Assembly (NCBI GenBank): GCA_002633005.1
Contig: NMRA01000054.1
Location: 813,596-877,595, forward strand
DNA: 64,000 nt
From: Phoronis australis
Taxonomy: Eukaryota > Animalia > Phoronida
Direction of reading: 5' to 3'
In this document: positions 37,601-51,800 of the stretch, one piece after another
Layout: every line of letters starts with the position of its first letter
Position numbering within the stretch: position 1 is the first letter of the stretch
Position numbers and translations under genes: made by a program
The notes under the pieces: generated by a model
Told to the model about the DNA's origin: nothing
The model's input: only the letters and a program-made list of their open reading frames with translations
Databases searched by the model: none

Positions 37601-40600
37601 AAACGATGAATGCAACTGTTAGGTCGACCAAGGAAAGGTAAAATCTCAGGTAAGATAATAAATAGCATACAGTACAATTGTTGCACATCGTATACATGCT
37701 CTGTAAAAACACCGTGGTGGTTAAAACCTATGGGTATGCATATGCAGTGAGTAGCCAAAATTTTACGCACTTTCTTGGGCGAAAAAACAACATGAATAGT
37801 GACTTTCTTGTAGCAATAGAATTTTCGGGACCGGGTAAGAGCAAATGAATTCCTCCATGCCAAACGACACTTTACATGGGGATGCTTTGGTGAATTTAGG
37901 CGTGTGTTTCTTTGAGGGACCAGTATTTGCACCTAAGGTCGAGGAATTTATCGACTTGGGTAAAACAGACGTAAGCGGATTTAGTGGAGAGCACTATCCT
38001 TGCCTTAGGACACGAGTCGCTGAAGAAGAGCCATCGGCTGACACATTCCCTTCAAAAGTTGCTGTTGTCCCCACCCACCCCCCACCCCCACATTCCCTCC
38101 CCCCTTGCGACATCCAACGTGGTCAGCGGAAGATTGATAATTGGTGTAAAATCTTACAGGGACATTTTCGGCTTTAGAGTCGAAAAACGCAGTTTGAGCA
38201 TTACTGGTGGTTGAGATAGACTTCTTGGAGTTTTTAGCCTTGACATCCGTAGTATTTTTGAGATTTTGTTACAAATAGTCATTTCTTTCCGTTGGCTGGC
38301 AGTCATTCGCTGAAATGGGGGCCGGTAACTTCAACAGTTAAATACGTTAAAATACGTGCTGCTTACCGAGTGGAGTTTAACTCCACTAACAAAGCGTCGA
38401 CCTGTGCGTTGCCGCTGATGTCGTGAATTCGAAACCACGGTCTTAGTCTGATTTAAAACAATAAAAGGAAGTAACTTGTTACAGGTTAAACACACCAAAA
38501 ATACTGCTTAGAAGGCCATGTTCGGTGCATAAAATGACCAGCTTGGTCAAGCCAACTTACTACAGTAAGCCTGTTCTAGTGCATCAATTATAATACATAA
38601 TTATAATACTAACCTAAAAAGGGTAAGATTCGAGACTAGCTTGGTAATGATAAATTATAAACGCATTTTTGACAGATGGTGGGTACAGACGTGCTTTAAG
38701 TCCCTTTATTAGTAATTTGTTTGTTGGTTGCTATGTGCAGTAGTGAAAGACGCGGTAATTATGCAAGATAGCCTTCCGGTACTTTTTAGTTAAACATTTC
38801 AGGAAGGGAAATTGATCAAAACAAACTTATAGAATCCTGTTTGATAAGGAAGGGTAGTGGTCCAGTTTTAACCCCTAATTAAAACATTCTTAATGGTTTG
38901 GCCTGTAATTCTGACGGTAAACAAATGGGTATAAAATTAACTAAAATATCTTTCATTTGTTATCAGCTTGTGTGTGACCTATTTCTAGCCTATCAGCGTG
39001 GTCACCGTGTACACGATTTGAGGTCAGAGGTTGTATTTTCTTACTTTCGTGTGACATCAGTGTAACACCACTCTGAAAATTAATATGATGAACTAATTAC
39101 AACCTTTGCCTTTCAATACATATGTTTCTTTTTCAAGCAGGAACATCCGAAAATGACTTTGAAATACGAAACACCAACGTTTTCTTTTCATGCAAAAGAC
39201 AGGCGATATGCCACCTATACGAATGTTTATCGTTTGCGCACGTTCAGAATAAATTAATTCGCAGGAGTAATAACCTTATTATGATTCGCACTGACAGTTA
39301 ACTTTTCTCGTTTCAGTGTGTCGATAAACTAAGCTTCTTTATTATTTTCGTTACTCTTGTCTCGTTTGTGACAAAAATCGATCCTACTTAGAGCAAACAT
39401 GAAGTCCTGTCGGTTGAATTCTTTGTTAATGATCAATTCAGCGGAGACACTAATTGTGCTCGTTGATCGATCACGTTGATCACGACTTTGGATGGAACAG
39501 GAAAGCGATTCTATCACATTTTTCTTAAAATTATTTTTTCTTTAAATAATATCACAGAATTCTCAGTGATTCTTGGTGAAATAGCTAAAAATTGATCACA
39601 ATTGACAAATCTCGCGAAGGAAGATAACTAGCGTGATCACCTGATTAGCTTGTAAACTTGTCGATATTTCGTGAAATTTTACAAATTCTTGCCCTTTCTG
39701 GAGGTTCTCGAGTTTACAGAGCCGTGCGCGCCCGGATTCCCTTTGTTACGGTCGTCATTTGAAAAGATATGCTGTTGTGAAAATGCGCATTTCCATGATA
39801 AATCAAATACTGTAATATGATTCTCAGTGACTTCTTTTGCCACTTGTTGCTAATAGTTAAAACTTCATTTCTGCAGTATTTCGCTTCCAAAAAAGAAAAA
39901 TGTATTAAACCACTTGAATTAATACATGATTTTCTGAGACCAATAACCTGCTACCCTCGCGGTCGCAGTCTAACGCTGTGCTGGTGAAGTAAGTGCCTCT
40001 CGGTAAATGGTTAAGCGCTGGTTAAGTCACCGATCTTGATCTATTAGCGAATGTTTGGTAGACCATGGCCAGAATGGGTGATTCGTAAAATCACAAAAAC
40101 ACAGCACAGGTTGTTGTTTTATAGCCTTGTTCAAAGATGATAACTTCATGAAGTCCATCACTTCCAACAATAATGTCAAGATGCGTTTTTTAGACTTTAA
40201 ACCGACATTATCTTTTTAAGCTCATGAAACCTCTCTCACAATACTCCTTACTGTGCCGTTTCCCGGCAACAAGAATATCGAAACCATCAGAGACTCGAGA
40301 ATTAAAAGTTCCAGCAAGTTTATTGAGGTTGCCCGACCCTGTTGCGGATTTGAAAATGGCAAATTTGAAATGGCCAAAATTTGAAAATGGCGCATTTAAG
40401 CATTGACTGTGAGCTGAGTTTCTGTCTTCTTCGGCAACAATTCAGGATCAGGTGAGCGTGGTAATGTTTTCAAAAGCCAAATGAAAGCGCTTCGGTTAAG
40501 AATTCAACATTGACAACTGAACAGCGATGAATTGACATATTAAGAGTGACTAAATGCCCTTTTAACTTTAAAGAACAGAAAAGAATATCTAAATATAGAT

Positions 40601-42102
40601 TCACATGCTCACATGGAATTGACGAGACGGGAGATAGGACGTTTGATCTGAAGGGAGATCAGAAAACTGACGAGCGTTCACAAATCATTTTTCAGTCTTC
40701 TGGTTGGACGGCATGTGAACGCTGTGTTCAGGAATTCCGCGCCGTCACCAGAATAAAAGTAGGCAAGACAAAAAAATCGATCAGCTAATGTTTACCCCAG
40801 ACTCACAGACAAAAGTAACAGTGACTGTAAAAATTGCTTAATCACAATATCACAATAACAATCAACTGGGAAAACGGATTGCCTTCTATATGATCGGTAA
40901 TATTCCCTGTTGATATAAAACAGAATTGTGTATGAAGCTCTGAAATTAAAAAAATGATTGAGACCCAGTCGTCGGCTATTTATTTTTGTGCCACGGTATG
41001 GTCGTGTTTGCTTCAAGGACGCGAGAGGTTAAAGTGTTTCTTTAATTTTGAAGGTAATGTGATTATACGTTGAAAGTGTTTGAAGGTTGCTAGCGAGACA
41101 ATATTAACGCGTAACATCCATGTGGTAAATCAATTATTACTTGGACTTGTTGTCAGAGCACTTTGGTTCGTTGTTCAACCTCTTTGTGTGAGAGACGCAG
41201 GGGAATGTCCTCTAAATGGCGGATGCGGTATAATTATCATCATCATTTTGTCATCAGCGCGACTTAGGTGGCTTCTTGGGTCTTTTTAACGATACCGTCA
41301 CACTGGGTTTGACAGTGCTTTGTGGTTATCCACCAGTGCACTTTATTATTTGGCTTCTTCTCCGAGTGGAATGGCATCGAACGTAAAGAGCTTCGAGTGG
41401 TACCGTTGACAATCGATTATCTTCGTTCATGGAGCTGTCTGTCATAAAGTTGTGCATTGCAATACGTCTACAACAATACAAAGACAATGAAAGGAATATA
41501 TCGGTGGGTACTGTTTTTACTTAGGTTCTTGAAACATAATTTTTCTACACCAGAAAGCATATTTAACATTTGCGGCAGTTTTTCACCTATCGGACATATC
41601 GCACACGCGTGCCACTCCAGTTATTTTACGCAACATAGGACGAGTTTCTTTATAGTTTCTACGTCAATAGAAATACCTGAGAAGTTAATGCTTCACGGCC
41701 TAGTACTAAAAGTAGAGCGGCAATCAAGGATTGTTGACGGGTTTCACAATACTTAACACTGAGAATTTTGCGTGTTTCTAAACGTGCAGCTGCGTTTTTT
41801 TCTAAAACACTGCTGAAAATGATTAGTTTTAATGCTAAAATAGACATTATCGCATTTTTACCTATAGACGCGATTTGGGGTTATTGCTGAATAGAATAGA
41901 AAAGTTATTAGCTTTGACCAGAGCTATAAAATAATAAAATACCTAGGCCCATAATCTTTTTTGTTTTTATTGTAAATCGCCAATTCGTGCCGTTGGTCTG
42001 CCAGACATCCAGTGAAATCAAGGCCGTTCTCTTTACTATTTAAATATTCTTAAAAAGCTTAATTACTTTTCAGATAAAACGCGTGGGATTTGGTTCAGCG
42101 AC

Positions 42103-42326
42103 CATGCGCGTACCCAGGGGAGGGCTCGAGGATCTCGGGAGGGGCTCGGAGAAACAAAAACAGAGCAAAACAGTGAAAAACGACCCAATAGTCCACTAAA
42201 AAGGCAAAAACAATCAAAGTTCGGCGATTGCACAATTCGTAGCTCTCAACGTACCCCATGAATCTTAGTAAAAAGTCCAAATTTTCAAAATTCAAGCCCC
42301 CCCCCTTTTGGCTGGGTTCGCGCATG
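42103..42326. mobile_element. GC-rich MITE
   Basis: TIR CATGCGCGTACCCAG / CTGGGTTCGCGCATG; flanks GCGAC / GTGAC (5 bp, one mismatch). Confidence 0.6.
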
Positions 42327-42564
42327 GTGACGGATCATTCGGCTGCATAAGCAGAGTCAATGGGTTGACGTTGAGCTTCTGCTAATTTCTGAAAATCCTT
42401 TTGCTCTCCAACAGAGTATTTTCCCTTAATCATTTGTATACCAGTTTAGCTACCTACACTTTTCGTTTTTCTAGCAGCAATAATAAAAAAGTTCTCATAA
42501 TATACTCGAGCAGGCTAATTCATTCATTGTTGCTCGTAAATGAGAGATCAGGCTCAAGAAACCA

Positions 42565-42720
42565 GCCTCCCGTTCAGTAACGCTATGACCTCGCTAAAAA
42601 GCAAGACTTCGTGAGATTACGTGAGATATTGCAGTGCATTTTAAATGAGAACACGTGACTTTGACTAGGTTTTAGCTAGGTCCTAGCGTAGGTCCTAGCA
42701 TCTACTGAACGCACGCCAGG
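42565..42720. repeat. Second copy of the 21002 hairpin repeat
   Basis: Direct similarity to 21002-21156. Confidence 0.75.
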
Positions 42721-43578
42721 TCTGCTTCCTGTCTACGCAAAGTGAAAAGGTCACATAGTCACAGAAATGGTTATTATAAAAAAGACAAAATCCTTCAGCG
42801 CTTCATATGTAAATATCTCTTTTTGAAAGTTTCATGTAACATAGTTCTTAGCATGGGAGCAATGATGTAAGACGTTGTTACAAGCTTGCCAATTGGGGAT
42901 ACGGGGATTCAAATTCTACAAATCGTAGACATGTTTTATCTAACTTGTAGTTCATGCAATTTCGATTTTCTCAGTAACTAAGGTAGCCTGCGGTAAATAA
43001 ATTCATTACAGTTAATATGTCGTCATGACAACTACTTTGTATTCCGACAGTTACGAAAAGCCAATCCTATCAATAAAATTGACTAGGCATAACTGAATAA
43101 GCAAATATGTCAAGTAATTTGCGTGTTTGACAACCCGAAGACATACTTGTCAATTCTAAATTAGCAGATTTTCGATGAATGCATTTCCGTACAAAACCTT
43201 GCATTTTCAATACAAGACAGGTGTTTTCGCAAGCATTGCCCGGTGCAAATTATTTTGAAATACCATTTTGTGAAGGTGAATACAGACTGGAATATATCTG
43301 CCACTTTTCTGGACACCGTGCAACCCAGAACAGGTGCAACTGAGGCAGTTGCCAAGAATGTGTCTTTTAACACTCATCACTGACTACTCCTATTAACTAG
43401 GTTGCAGACAATCATAAGTACATGAGGATCTTGTTCTACCATCTGCAGATACAGTGTATTACTGATGTGGAACATAGAACAAGTTGAGATAGTTATGGAA
43501 CGCAATACGCTACCTATGTTATAGTCTGAGTGCCTGTTAAATCCTTTTTATTGGCAAGTAAGTGAAACAAAGAGAAAC

Positions 43579-43850
43579 AAGTTGTAGTGTTTTGCTGTGT
43601 TACATTGTATTATATAGGTCAAATGAGAATTCAAAACTGTCATTGATACTCATCAAAACACGTCTTTAGAAGATATTTACTGTTTTATTGTGTCAGGTTA
43701 ACAGCCCATGGAATTAAAAGGCTGTGAATCTGAAACAATAAATCTGAAACAGTAAATACCTTCCAAATACATGTTTTGATGAGTATCGATGACAATTTTG
43801 AATTCTCATTGGACCAATAAAATACTTTAATACAACAAAACACCGCAACT
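43579..43850. repeat. Palindromic foldback element (~105-bp arms)
   Basis: AATGAGAATTCAAAACTGTCATTGATACTCATCAAAACA is mirrored by TGTTTTGATGAGTATCGATGACAATTTTGAATTCTCATT. Confidence 0.75.
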
Positions 43851-45276
43851 TACTGACAAGCCCTCAAAAGACAACAATCACCAAGTCAAACAACACATGC
43901 GTCATGGCACTGCGCAACATTTCAACACTCATTCCTCGTCTTCAGTGTCATGCCAAGGTTGACCAATACTCACATAGTCAATTCACGTCGTCGAAAACTA
44001 ACACAGAACATCCCCACTTGTTTAAAATTTAATTAGGTCTTTCACCCTAATGAAGTCGATCATAGGATTTATACTTCCGTGAAGAAAAAGAATCCGTCAG
44101 TGAATCAAGAAAACACTTCAGATTTTATATGGGATTGGTCAGGACCAAAATTGTGAATTCGAAAATGGCGCAATTTCATATTCCCTGTGACTTGAAGTGC
44201 CGGCTCATTGGGAAACAATATAAGATTGGATCAACGTAGCAATACTCTTAAACCCCAAAGCGCTTTGGTTCAGAATTGAAAATTGACGACATCAATTTTC
44301 CCACTGTAGCCATTTTCTCGGATTCATTACTTTTTGTCCATCAAATTCTAAAAAATGGCATTGACAGAACAAAAGAGACCTCTGTAGGGATATCTTCCCA
44401 GTTAGTGATTATAGGTCTCATACAGCAAAAGGTCTGTATTCCTAGTGTTAATTCAGGCCTCATCGTTTTAAAGTTACAGCACAGCCGTTGATGTTGAATT
44501 TAAACGTAACCAAATCCTGTTTTTGCTCATTGGTAGATGTTAAATTACGGATATCTTTGTTACAAAATATTTCCTTATAAACCAGTTGTCAACCATCAAC
44601 AGTTTGGAAGAAGTTTTGAAAACTCAGCGCAGAAACTGTTAAATTGGCCAACATTGCTAATGGATTAGGAATGTCACTCAGTAGCTTCACAGTGAGAATA
44701 TGCTTATTGTGCTGATTTTTGTTGTTGTCTGCAGTCAGGCGCACATTAGCCTACATATGGGTGATGTCATGAATTTGAACTAAATAACCCAAACGAGAGT
44801 TTAATATCCTAGGTCTTACCATCAACATTCCTTTACACGTCCTAAAACTGCATTGCAGCTAATATCCATTGTTCTACAGGGTTGGTTTAAGACGACCTAC
44901 CTCTTAATTGCATATGTTAGCCAACGCCCTCTTTAGGAAATTGACCCCGCTTACAGCCACCTTGTTAGTAGCAGAAGACTAACTTCCTAAAACCTCTTTG
45001 ATGAAGTGACGACAATAGTAACATTATGTCAAAAATCTCGCGATCTATTTCTATGAAGCTCGAGAGCAGTGTAACTAAGCGAGAGATTTTAGACCCTCTA
45101 TTAGCAAATTAACTGCATTCGTTTGAAGAAAGCAAACACTCCAACAGGGAAACTACAAAATTGTCCAACACCCCTTATTCTAGCATGACAAGAGATGAGA
45201 GTACATTGACCATTAATGTCGAAAATCAAAATGTTCTTGGCCAGTTTCAAAATCGTTTATGTGATCATCTTTCAGA

Positions 45277-45676
45277 ATGCACAACGGTGGTCCACGTTAC
45301 TCACCTGCGCCCTCTTGCGATGAGGCGGAAATCTATGATACTCCGCCGTCAGACGAGTGCAATGGAAACACAATTGAAGTTGACATGTGCGAATCTCAGA
45401 CGAACACGTTATCTTCACTTGTTCGTAAAAAGGGTGACGGACCTAAGGAAAAGTTTCTCATCCAAGAACGGTTAGAACGTAACTTGCACGGCGGAGACGT
45501 GTTCTACGTGAAGTCCTGCGTTAACCGTAGAACTGCATTGGAGAGATACCTTTGTATGTTTTGCTTCCTATTCTTTGTCGGGTGTGTAGTAATGATGACG
45601 ATGTTGTTAACTGTGCACAAAGGAAATGGACCCATGGGGAGCCTCAATCTATCTAGAACGGACAGATTACAGCAAG
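45277..45676 (+). CDS. M13 peptidase exon 1: cytoplasmic tail and transmembrane anchor
   Basis: ATG immediately after the tttcag acceptor; hydrophobic [23 protein letters not shown]; donor AAG|GTAAAT. Confidence 0.85.
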
Positions 45677-48600
45677 GTAAATGTTGGATTTCTAAAGATT
45701 TTATATGAGCAGAAATGAGTTTTTGATCTGTCAGTTAATCGAAGAAGATATTTGGGCAGAAATGTAAATGAATTTTATATGCGATAATTGCGAAGCGATA
45801 CCGAAGGTAGTTTACAGTGAAACAACATGTGAGAGTGAGATAAAACGTCATGTGTATTATGACAAATTAAACTACAAAAGATATCGATAAATACAAAAGT
45901 TATATATGTTGAGCTGTAAAGGTGGGTGACAATCTGCCGGCCTAATTACTCATTTATTCAATCTTAAGACTATTTCTTTATCCGTCTGACCCATCTCACA
46001 GGCCGATGGTAACACTGGGCCAATTTGAAAAAAAATCGTTTTGTTGCATAAGATTACGGCTTTGAAGTAAAATAAGTGCGTTTTTTCTATTGTTTTGCCC
46101 TAGCTTTTCCACAAGTCTGCCTTAGCGAAGATTGTGTCAAGACAGGTAAGTTAAAGTTCAAAAATATTGGAAGATTATGAAAACAGGCTTTTTATTGCAA
46201 TTTTCATACATTAACATTCAGACGAACTATCCATCGCACATGATGTTTAAAAGAGTTGTGATGTAACCATGTTAAGAAATGGACCGCAGAAAAATGTCCA
46301 GATTTGGCTAACTTTAGAACATCATGTCTCAGAAATGGCTAATCGGATTCGAATGAAACAGAAATTTTGCTTTATGTATGGTTCTTCAGACCGCCACTTT
46401 TGCAAGAGGAGATATCTAAAATAGGACTTTAACGATTTTTATGAAAGATCAAAAGTTTCATAAAACGACAACGAAACTTTCATTTAAAAAAATAAAAGAG
46501 CAAAATTTCATATTGCACAGTCATATCAAATGAAATTTGGTCATGTTTTTTGCCTCTAGTTTGCTATGAATGTAACTTTCTATTTTACTAAATTATTTTT
46601 AAAACCGAAGGCAACCTTTTTCATGTCACTTTTAGCAAACATAAGGTTCGTTGATTATCCCAGACACATTTTTCACTTAATTACAGCTTTTCGTAATTTG
46701 GTTAATTTCTCGTCCTCTGCTCCAGAAGTGACGTTTTGGGAGGCAAGAGTTTCGCGCCAATTTCTTTTCATTATAGTCTGACTGTGAGAGCTGTCCAGTC
46801 AGTTATTGTTCTACCTCGGTTGTGATAAGTTCGGTCCTCGTTTGCTTTTGTTTGCAAGTCAGTCAACATGCCACGCTGTTGCTACCTGCCGGGATGTACT
46901 CATTATCGTCTCACACGCGCTTTGGGTACCTTGCATCGCTTTCCGAAGGATGACACACTTCGCCTTACTTGGCTAGCTCGTTCATGTGAAGAACGCAGCG
47001 CTACCCGTCCAGGCAACGTACAAAGCAATGGAGGGTTACCGAGTGTGTGGCAAGCATTTTCTGCCGTCAGATTACGACAGAGATATGTACGCTAAACTGA
47101 TGAACGTCCCTGCGAAACAACGCCTGAAGAAGGGTACCATACCGTCGCTGTTGATTCCCGGCAGTGCCCCGTCGTCAACCCCGAGAAGTGCGTTTTTCAA
47201 GCGAGAAGCCTCGCGATCGAGCTGTGGCCACTATATACAGTGACTGGAGGCACTTCCTCTATACTGTCACCCGTGCCTCCGAACGTAACCCATTGCGTGC
47301 ACTTTCGGGAACTAGCAGTGATTCGCCCTGTGCTGTTGTCTCTAGCCCAGAGCCTGTAAGCAGCCCTGCAGCTATGTTGAGTAGTGGGAGTGAATACAGG
47401 CCCAGTTCGACACCCAGTGAAGACGACAGTTCGTCATTCAATGAACAGATCGGTGAGCCTAAGTTTGAAAAGTTTATTGCGGTCTTGTATTGGAGCTATT
47501 TAGAAGGTGCCAGGTGTGTGGCGAGGGAGTCACACGGCGGGATGTAAGCAGTTTGGGTGCTCCGATCACCCACCAGTGGGACTGTGTCGCGGGGCACTCG
47601 GGTAAGTGGGATAGTTCTTCCTCTGTACGTGAGACGATAATGAGTACATCCCAGTACGCTGCAACAGAGTGGCATTTGACTGACTCGTACTCGAACTTAT
47701 CGCAACCGAGGTAGAACAATGACTGACTCGACTGCTCTCACAGTCGGACTATATGAAAAGAAATTGGCGCGAAATTCTTGCCTCCCAAAACGTCACTTCC
47801 GGAGTAGACGACGAGTAATTAATTAAATTACGAAAAGCAGTAAATATGTGAAAAATATGCCTGGGATAATCAACGAACCTTATTTTTGCTAAAAATGACA
47901 TGAAAAAAGGTTGCCTTCGCCTTTAACGCACACGCACACCTGTGCCCCGTTGAATAAAACAGTCCCAAATGGAGACTCAGCTATGTTCCCCAAATCTTTT
48001 GCGTATTTGTTTTCGTTTTTACTTACAAATGTAATATTTCTGTATCATTTTATCTTTATTATGAGCTCCTCTTTGACTAATGATATTTACTTATAATATT
48101 ATTAAAAACCGAACCCTTAGTTCAGTCAAAATAATTAGGAACATAGTCTTTGAATTAGGAGCGTTGCATGAAAATCCCTTCTTATTTTCAGTAACATTGA
48201 GAATTCAACGTAGAGTTAATTCTCCATTTTTATCAAAGTCAAAATCTGACTTAGTAGTGAGACTCACACAGCATAACAAAGGACAATCAGAGTGTCCCCA
48301 AGTCCACAAATACGCAGATCATTTAGGGAACTTGGCTGAGTCCCTATTAAAGGCTATCATGTGACCGGGCACATGACCCATCAATGGCAGATTGGTATGA
48401 AGGCTTTCTAGTTCAGAAAATGTACTTTTTACTGAAATAAATTGTGAAGTTTTTTTACGTATTTGACTGGGGGCAGACTTGACGATAAGGTCTTACATGA
48501 CCTTAATGTCAGCTCACTGAAATGAGTTTCCAGTAACATTTTTTATTTTTTATTTAGCTTAGTACACAAATAACAATACAAGGCAAGTGAAAATAAATAG

Positions 48601-48684
48601 AAATGCTGGGGAAAGGGATTGCACAAAAAGTCCATTGCTGTCCGAAGTCTCCTCTTAACATCACCTTGACTTTAAGATATGATA

Positions 48685-48722
<38 letters not shown>

Positions 48723-48840
48723 AATGATGATGGTGATGACGTTGATGATGATGACGATACTAATAATAATGATAATAATGATAATAATAACAACTACAAC
48801 AATAATAATAATGATGATGATGATAATGATGATGATAATA

Positions 48841-48878
<38 letters not shown>

Positions 48879-51800
48879 AGTAATAATAATAATAATAATC
48901 ATAATACTGTTTTACGCAGTTATTTTATTGTAGCCGCGGCACTGTTGAACTCTATGGACCAGACTGTTGATCCGTGTGACAACTTCTTTGAGTATGCCTG
49001 TGGCGCGTTCAACAGAGAAAACAAGATTCCGGACGACAAATCTATCATCGACACGTTCATGATACTTCATAAGAAAATGCAAACGCAGTTACAAGGTTTG
49101 TTTCGTGTTCTGCTGCAGTCCATTTTAATAATCATTTTGAGTTAAAAATGCCAAGCCAAAGCAGCTATTTTGTATTCGAACATTTATTTTTACTGCCTTC
49201 ACTGTTGAAACATTTATTATTATCATTGATTATGCATGAAGCTACATGCAAAGTCGGAAAATGTTGACCATTATGTCTTCTAGTCCACACGGTGTCAATT
49301 TTTACGATTAGAACTACCGAATTTGCTCGTAGAGTAAGCAAGCTATTTCGCGTAGAAACGTACTAGCCTTTTGGTACTTCTCTTATACAAATCAAGTGTG
49401 CAGACGACACCGCAATGAAAAATAATGTAACTTACTGCGGTTAGCAGTAAGGAATACAGGCGTGCAAGTTAATATACTTTCTTTGTAACTAGGCTGCTGG
49501 TTGGTAGAAGTCGCACAACCGAATGCGAGAGCAAACACCCAGGAAAGGTCTGCGTGTCACATGCAGCTCGAACACCCAAACTTCCCATAATGCTATGCTC
49601 TGCATAAGCAGCATTTATCTCGGAAGATTATTATAAGAGAAACTAATGCAATACGATTGGTAATATACGAACTCGATACACAGCTAGAATTTGCGTTATC
49701 TATGATGTATTGATTTCTTTCTACAGGTTTATTAGAAACTCCAGAGTCATCGTCGGATAGTACCGCCATACGGAAAGTGAAAAATCTTTACAAATCGTGC
49801 ATTAACACAAGTAAGCGTAAAGGTCTCAGTAGTCTTAGAGAATTTGACTATTATAACGGACGTCCAAATAAATCGGTAGGGGGGGCAGAGAAACTTGATG
49901 GGCGCGGAGCGCCTACAACAGGAAAAACGTAAACAAAAAAATGTTTTCCCCACTCTCGACCTACCGTAACTTGTGCTGGCGAAAAAGATTATATTTACAG
50001 TGAGACTAAATTATCAGCTTTGAAATGTAAAAACGGAATCTTTCTTCAACAATAATGAGCTCCCCCTACAGTGTGAAGTGGAAAAATAAAAGATTTAGTT
50101 TGCAGACTTATCCATCTCAGAGGAGACTAGTTAGAATAAGGGGCCTGGCAAGAAATGTTTTGCATAATCCTGAGATGTGAAAAATACTCTGATTATGTGG
50201 TTATTTGTAATGAAAATGATCCCAGATTTGTTAGCAAATGAGGAACTTCGTGCTATCTATTTCTAGCACAGGAAACGAACAGTTTGAGTTCAATTAGAAA
50301 TTCAATATGCCTTTTATATTGTAAGGTAGTCGGGTAGATCAGTCCACTGCGTCAAATCTAATGTTCATACTGGATCTTTCCCAGGCTCTGCAGAGGACCA
50401 CGGCGATATTGTGTTGATGAAAATGATTGCTGACCTTGGAGGCTGGCCGGTGATTAACTCCAGCTGGAACGAGGACAGTTTTCACTTGGAAGACATGCTG
50501 AGTGCACTGCGCATGCGTTTCAACGTCGGCGTGATGATGAAATCGGACGTAGGAATCGACGACAAGAACTCTTCCAGGCATATGTTTGAAGTAACGTTTC
50601 ATTTCTGCCAAATTATTAAAGCAGTTATAAGCTCGCCTTTTGTCACAAAAGTCAACGTTTTGATTTAGTCAACGTAGCGTTTTTATGAAATTGTTCTCAA
50701 TATGTTTCTTAATCATAATAGGCGAGATTTTAGTGCTTGGACAGTACTGGTAATTCGTTTTTGTCTGAGACCAGGACATGGAAGTTGACTTGTCGTGACG
50801 TGTCATGGTATTATCTGAGCATAGTTTCGATGAATGACGAATTGCTAGTTTTTTCCCAGAATTCCTTCCCTTCTGAGAAAGGAACAAGCAGTGAAAGTTT
50901 TTATAGCGCGAAGTGTTCTTGATCAAAATTTAATTTCTTTGGCGAAACGCGGGTCTATTTCCGCTTTAAGGTGAATTTCACAGACGAATGTTTTGGACAG
51001 CACAAGACTTATGCACAGTCTCAAACAGTACCTAGGCTTGGAAGCTTGAACACCATGCGTGCTTGATAAAATCGTAGAACACAATATGTTTAAATGTTAC
51101 AGAATAAATAAAATAGACGTTTCAATGCCGTGCCGATACCGATGGATAAGAATATAAAATAGTAAAAATAAAACGACAAGCGTCGGACGGGTACTAAAGT
51201 ATGTTAAACTATTCCCCACGTTTCGAGCGGTACGCTCTTTATCAAAAGATAAATGTTGCACAATTGCTTGTTTAAAAAACATCATTTTCAGCAGCTTTTC
51301 ATCAGATTTTGTTGTATGACCTTTTCGTAAACTCTGTGTAGGAGAAAGGGCGTAAATTGAGATGATACAGCCTGAGTGATGAACATATCAAGGAAGACAA
51401 ATTGTTTATCTAACGAATGATCTTAGCTATAACATATTGGCACCTGTTGATCACGTCATCGATATTGCAATTCTTATAGAGGAGCCTGCGGCAAGTATGC
51501 CCCTTGAAATGTTATCTCGTATCGAGGTCATTAGAGCAAAGAGATTTTTGAATGGATGCAACTTTAATTCTGTTAAAAATCTGAGCAGTTTCACTGAGAA
51601 GATATGACGTTACATGCCATAGGCGGATCCAGGAGGGTTAAGGGGTTCTGGACCCCCTTTTTGTCCGGATTTTAGTGATATCAAATCTAGAATTTTCAAA
51701 TTGTTGACTTGGACCCTATTTAAAAAATTCTTTGATCCGACCCCCTTTTAAAAATCCTGGGTTCTCTCCTGCATTAAAAGTTTTGAGCGCTTGCTCCAAA

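Noticed and set aside
37525-38214. Cluster of 76-135-aa ORFs in the intergenic region
   Set aside because: No recognisable domain or consistent splice structure. It may be old transposon debris, but I cannot support a call.
46868-47243. Functional host THAP transcription-factor gene nested in the M13 intron
   Set aside because: The domain is split by a frameshift with no obvious intron, and it lies inside a TTAA-flanked inverted-repeat element.
48554-48933. Poly-Asp/Asn, poly-Met, poly-Ile and poly-Ser ORFs
   Set aside because: Translations of the (GAT/AAT)n microsatellite. The real exon starts at the AG at 48933, in the phase required by exon 46104-46145.
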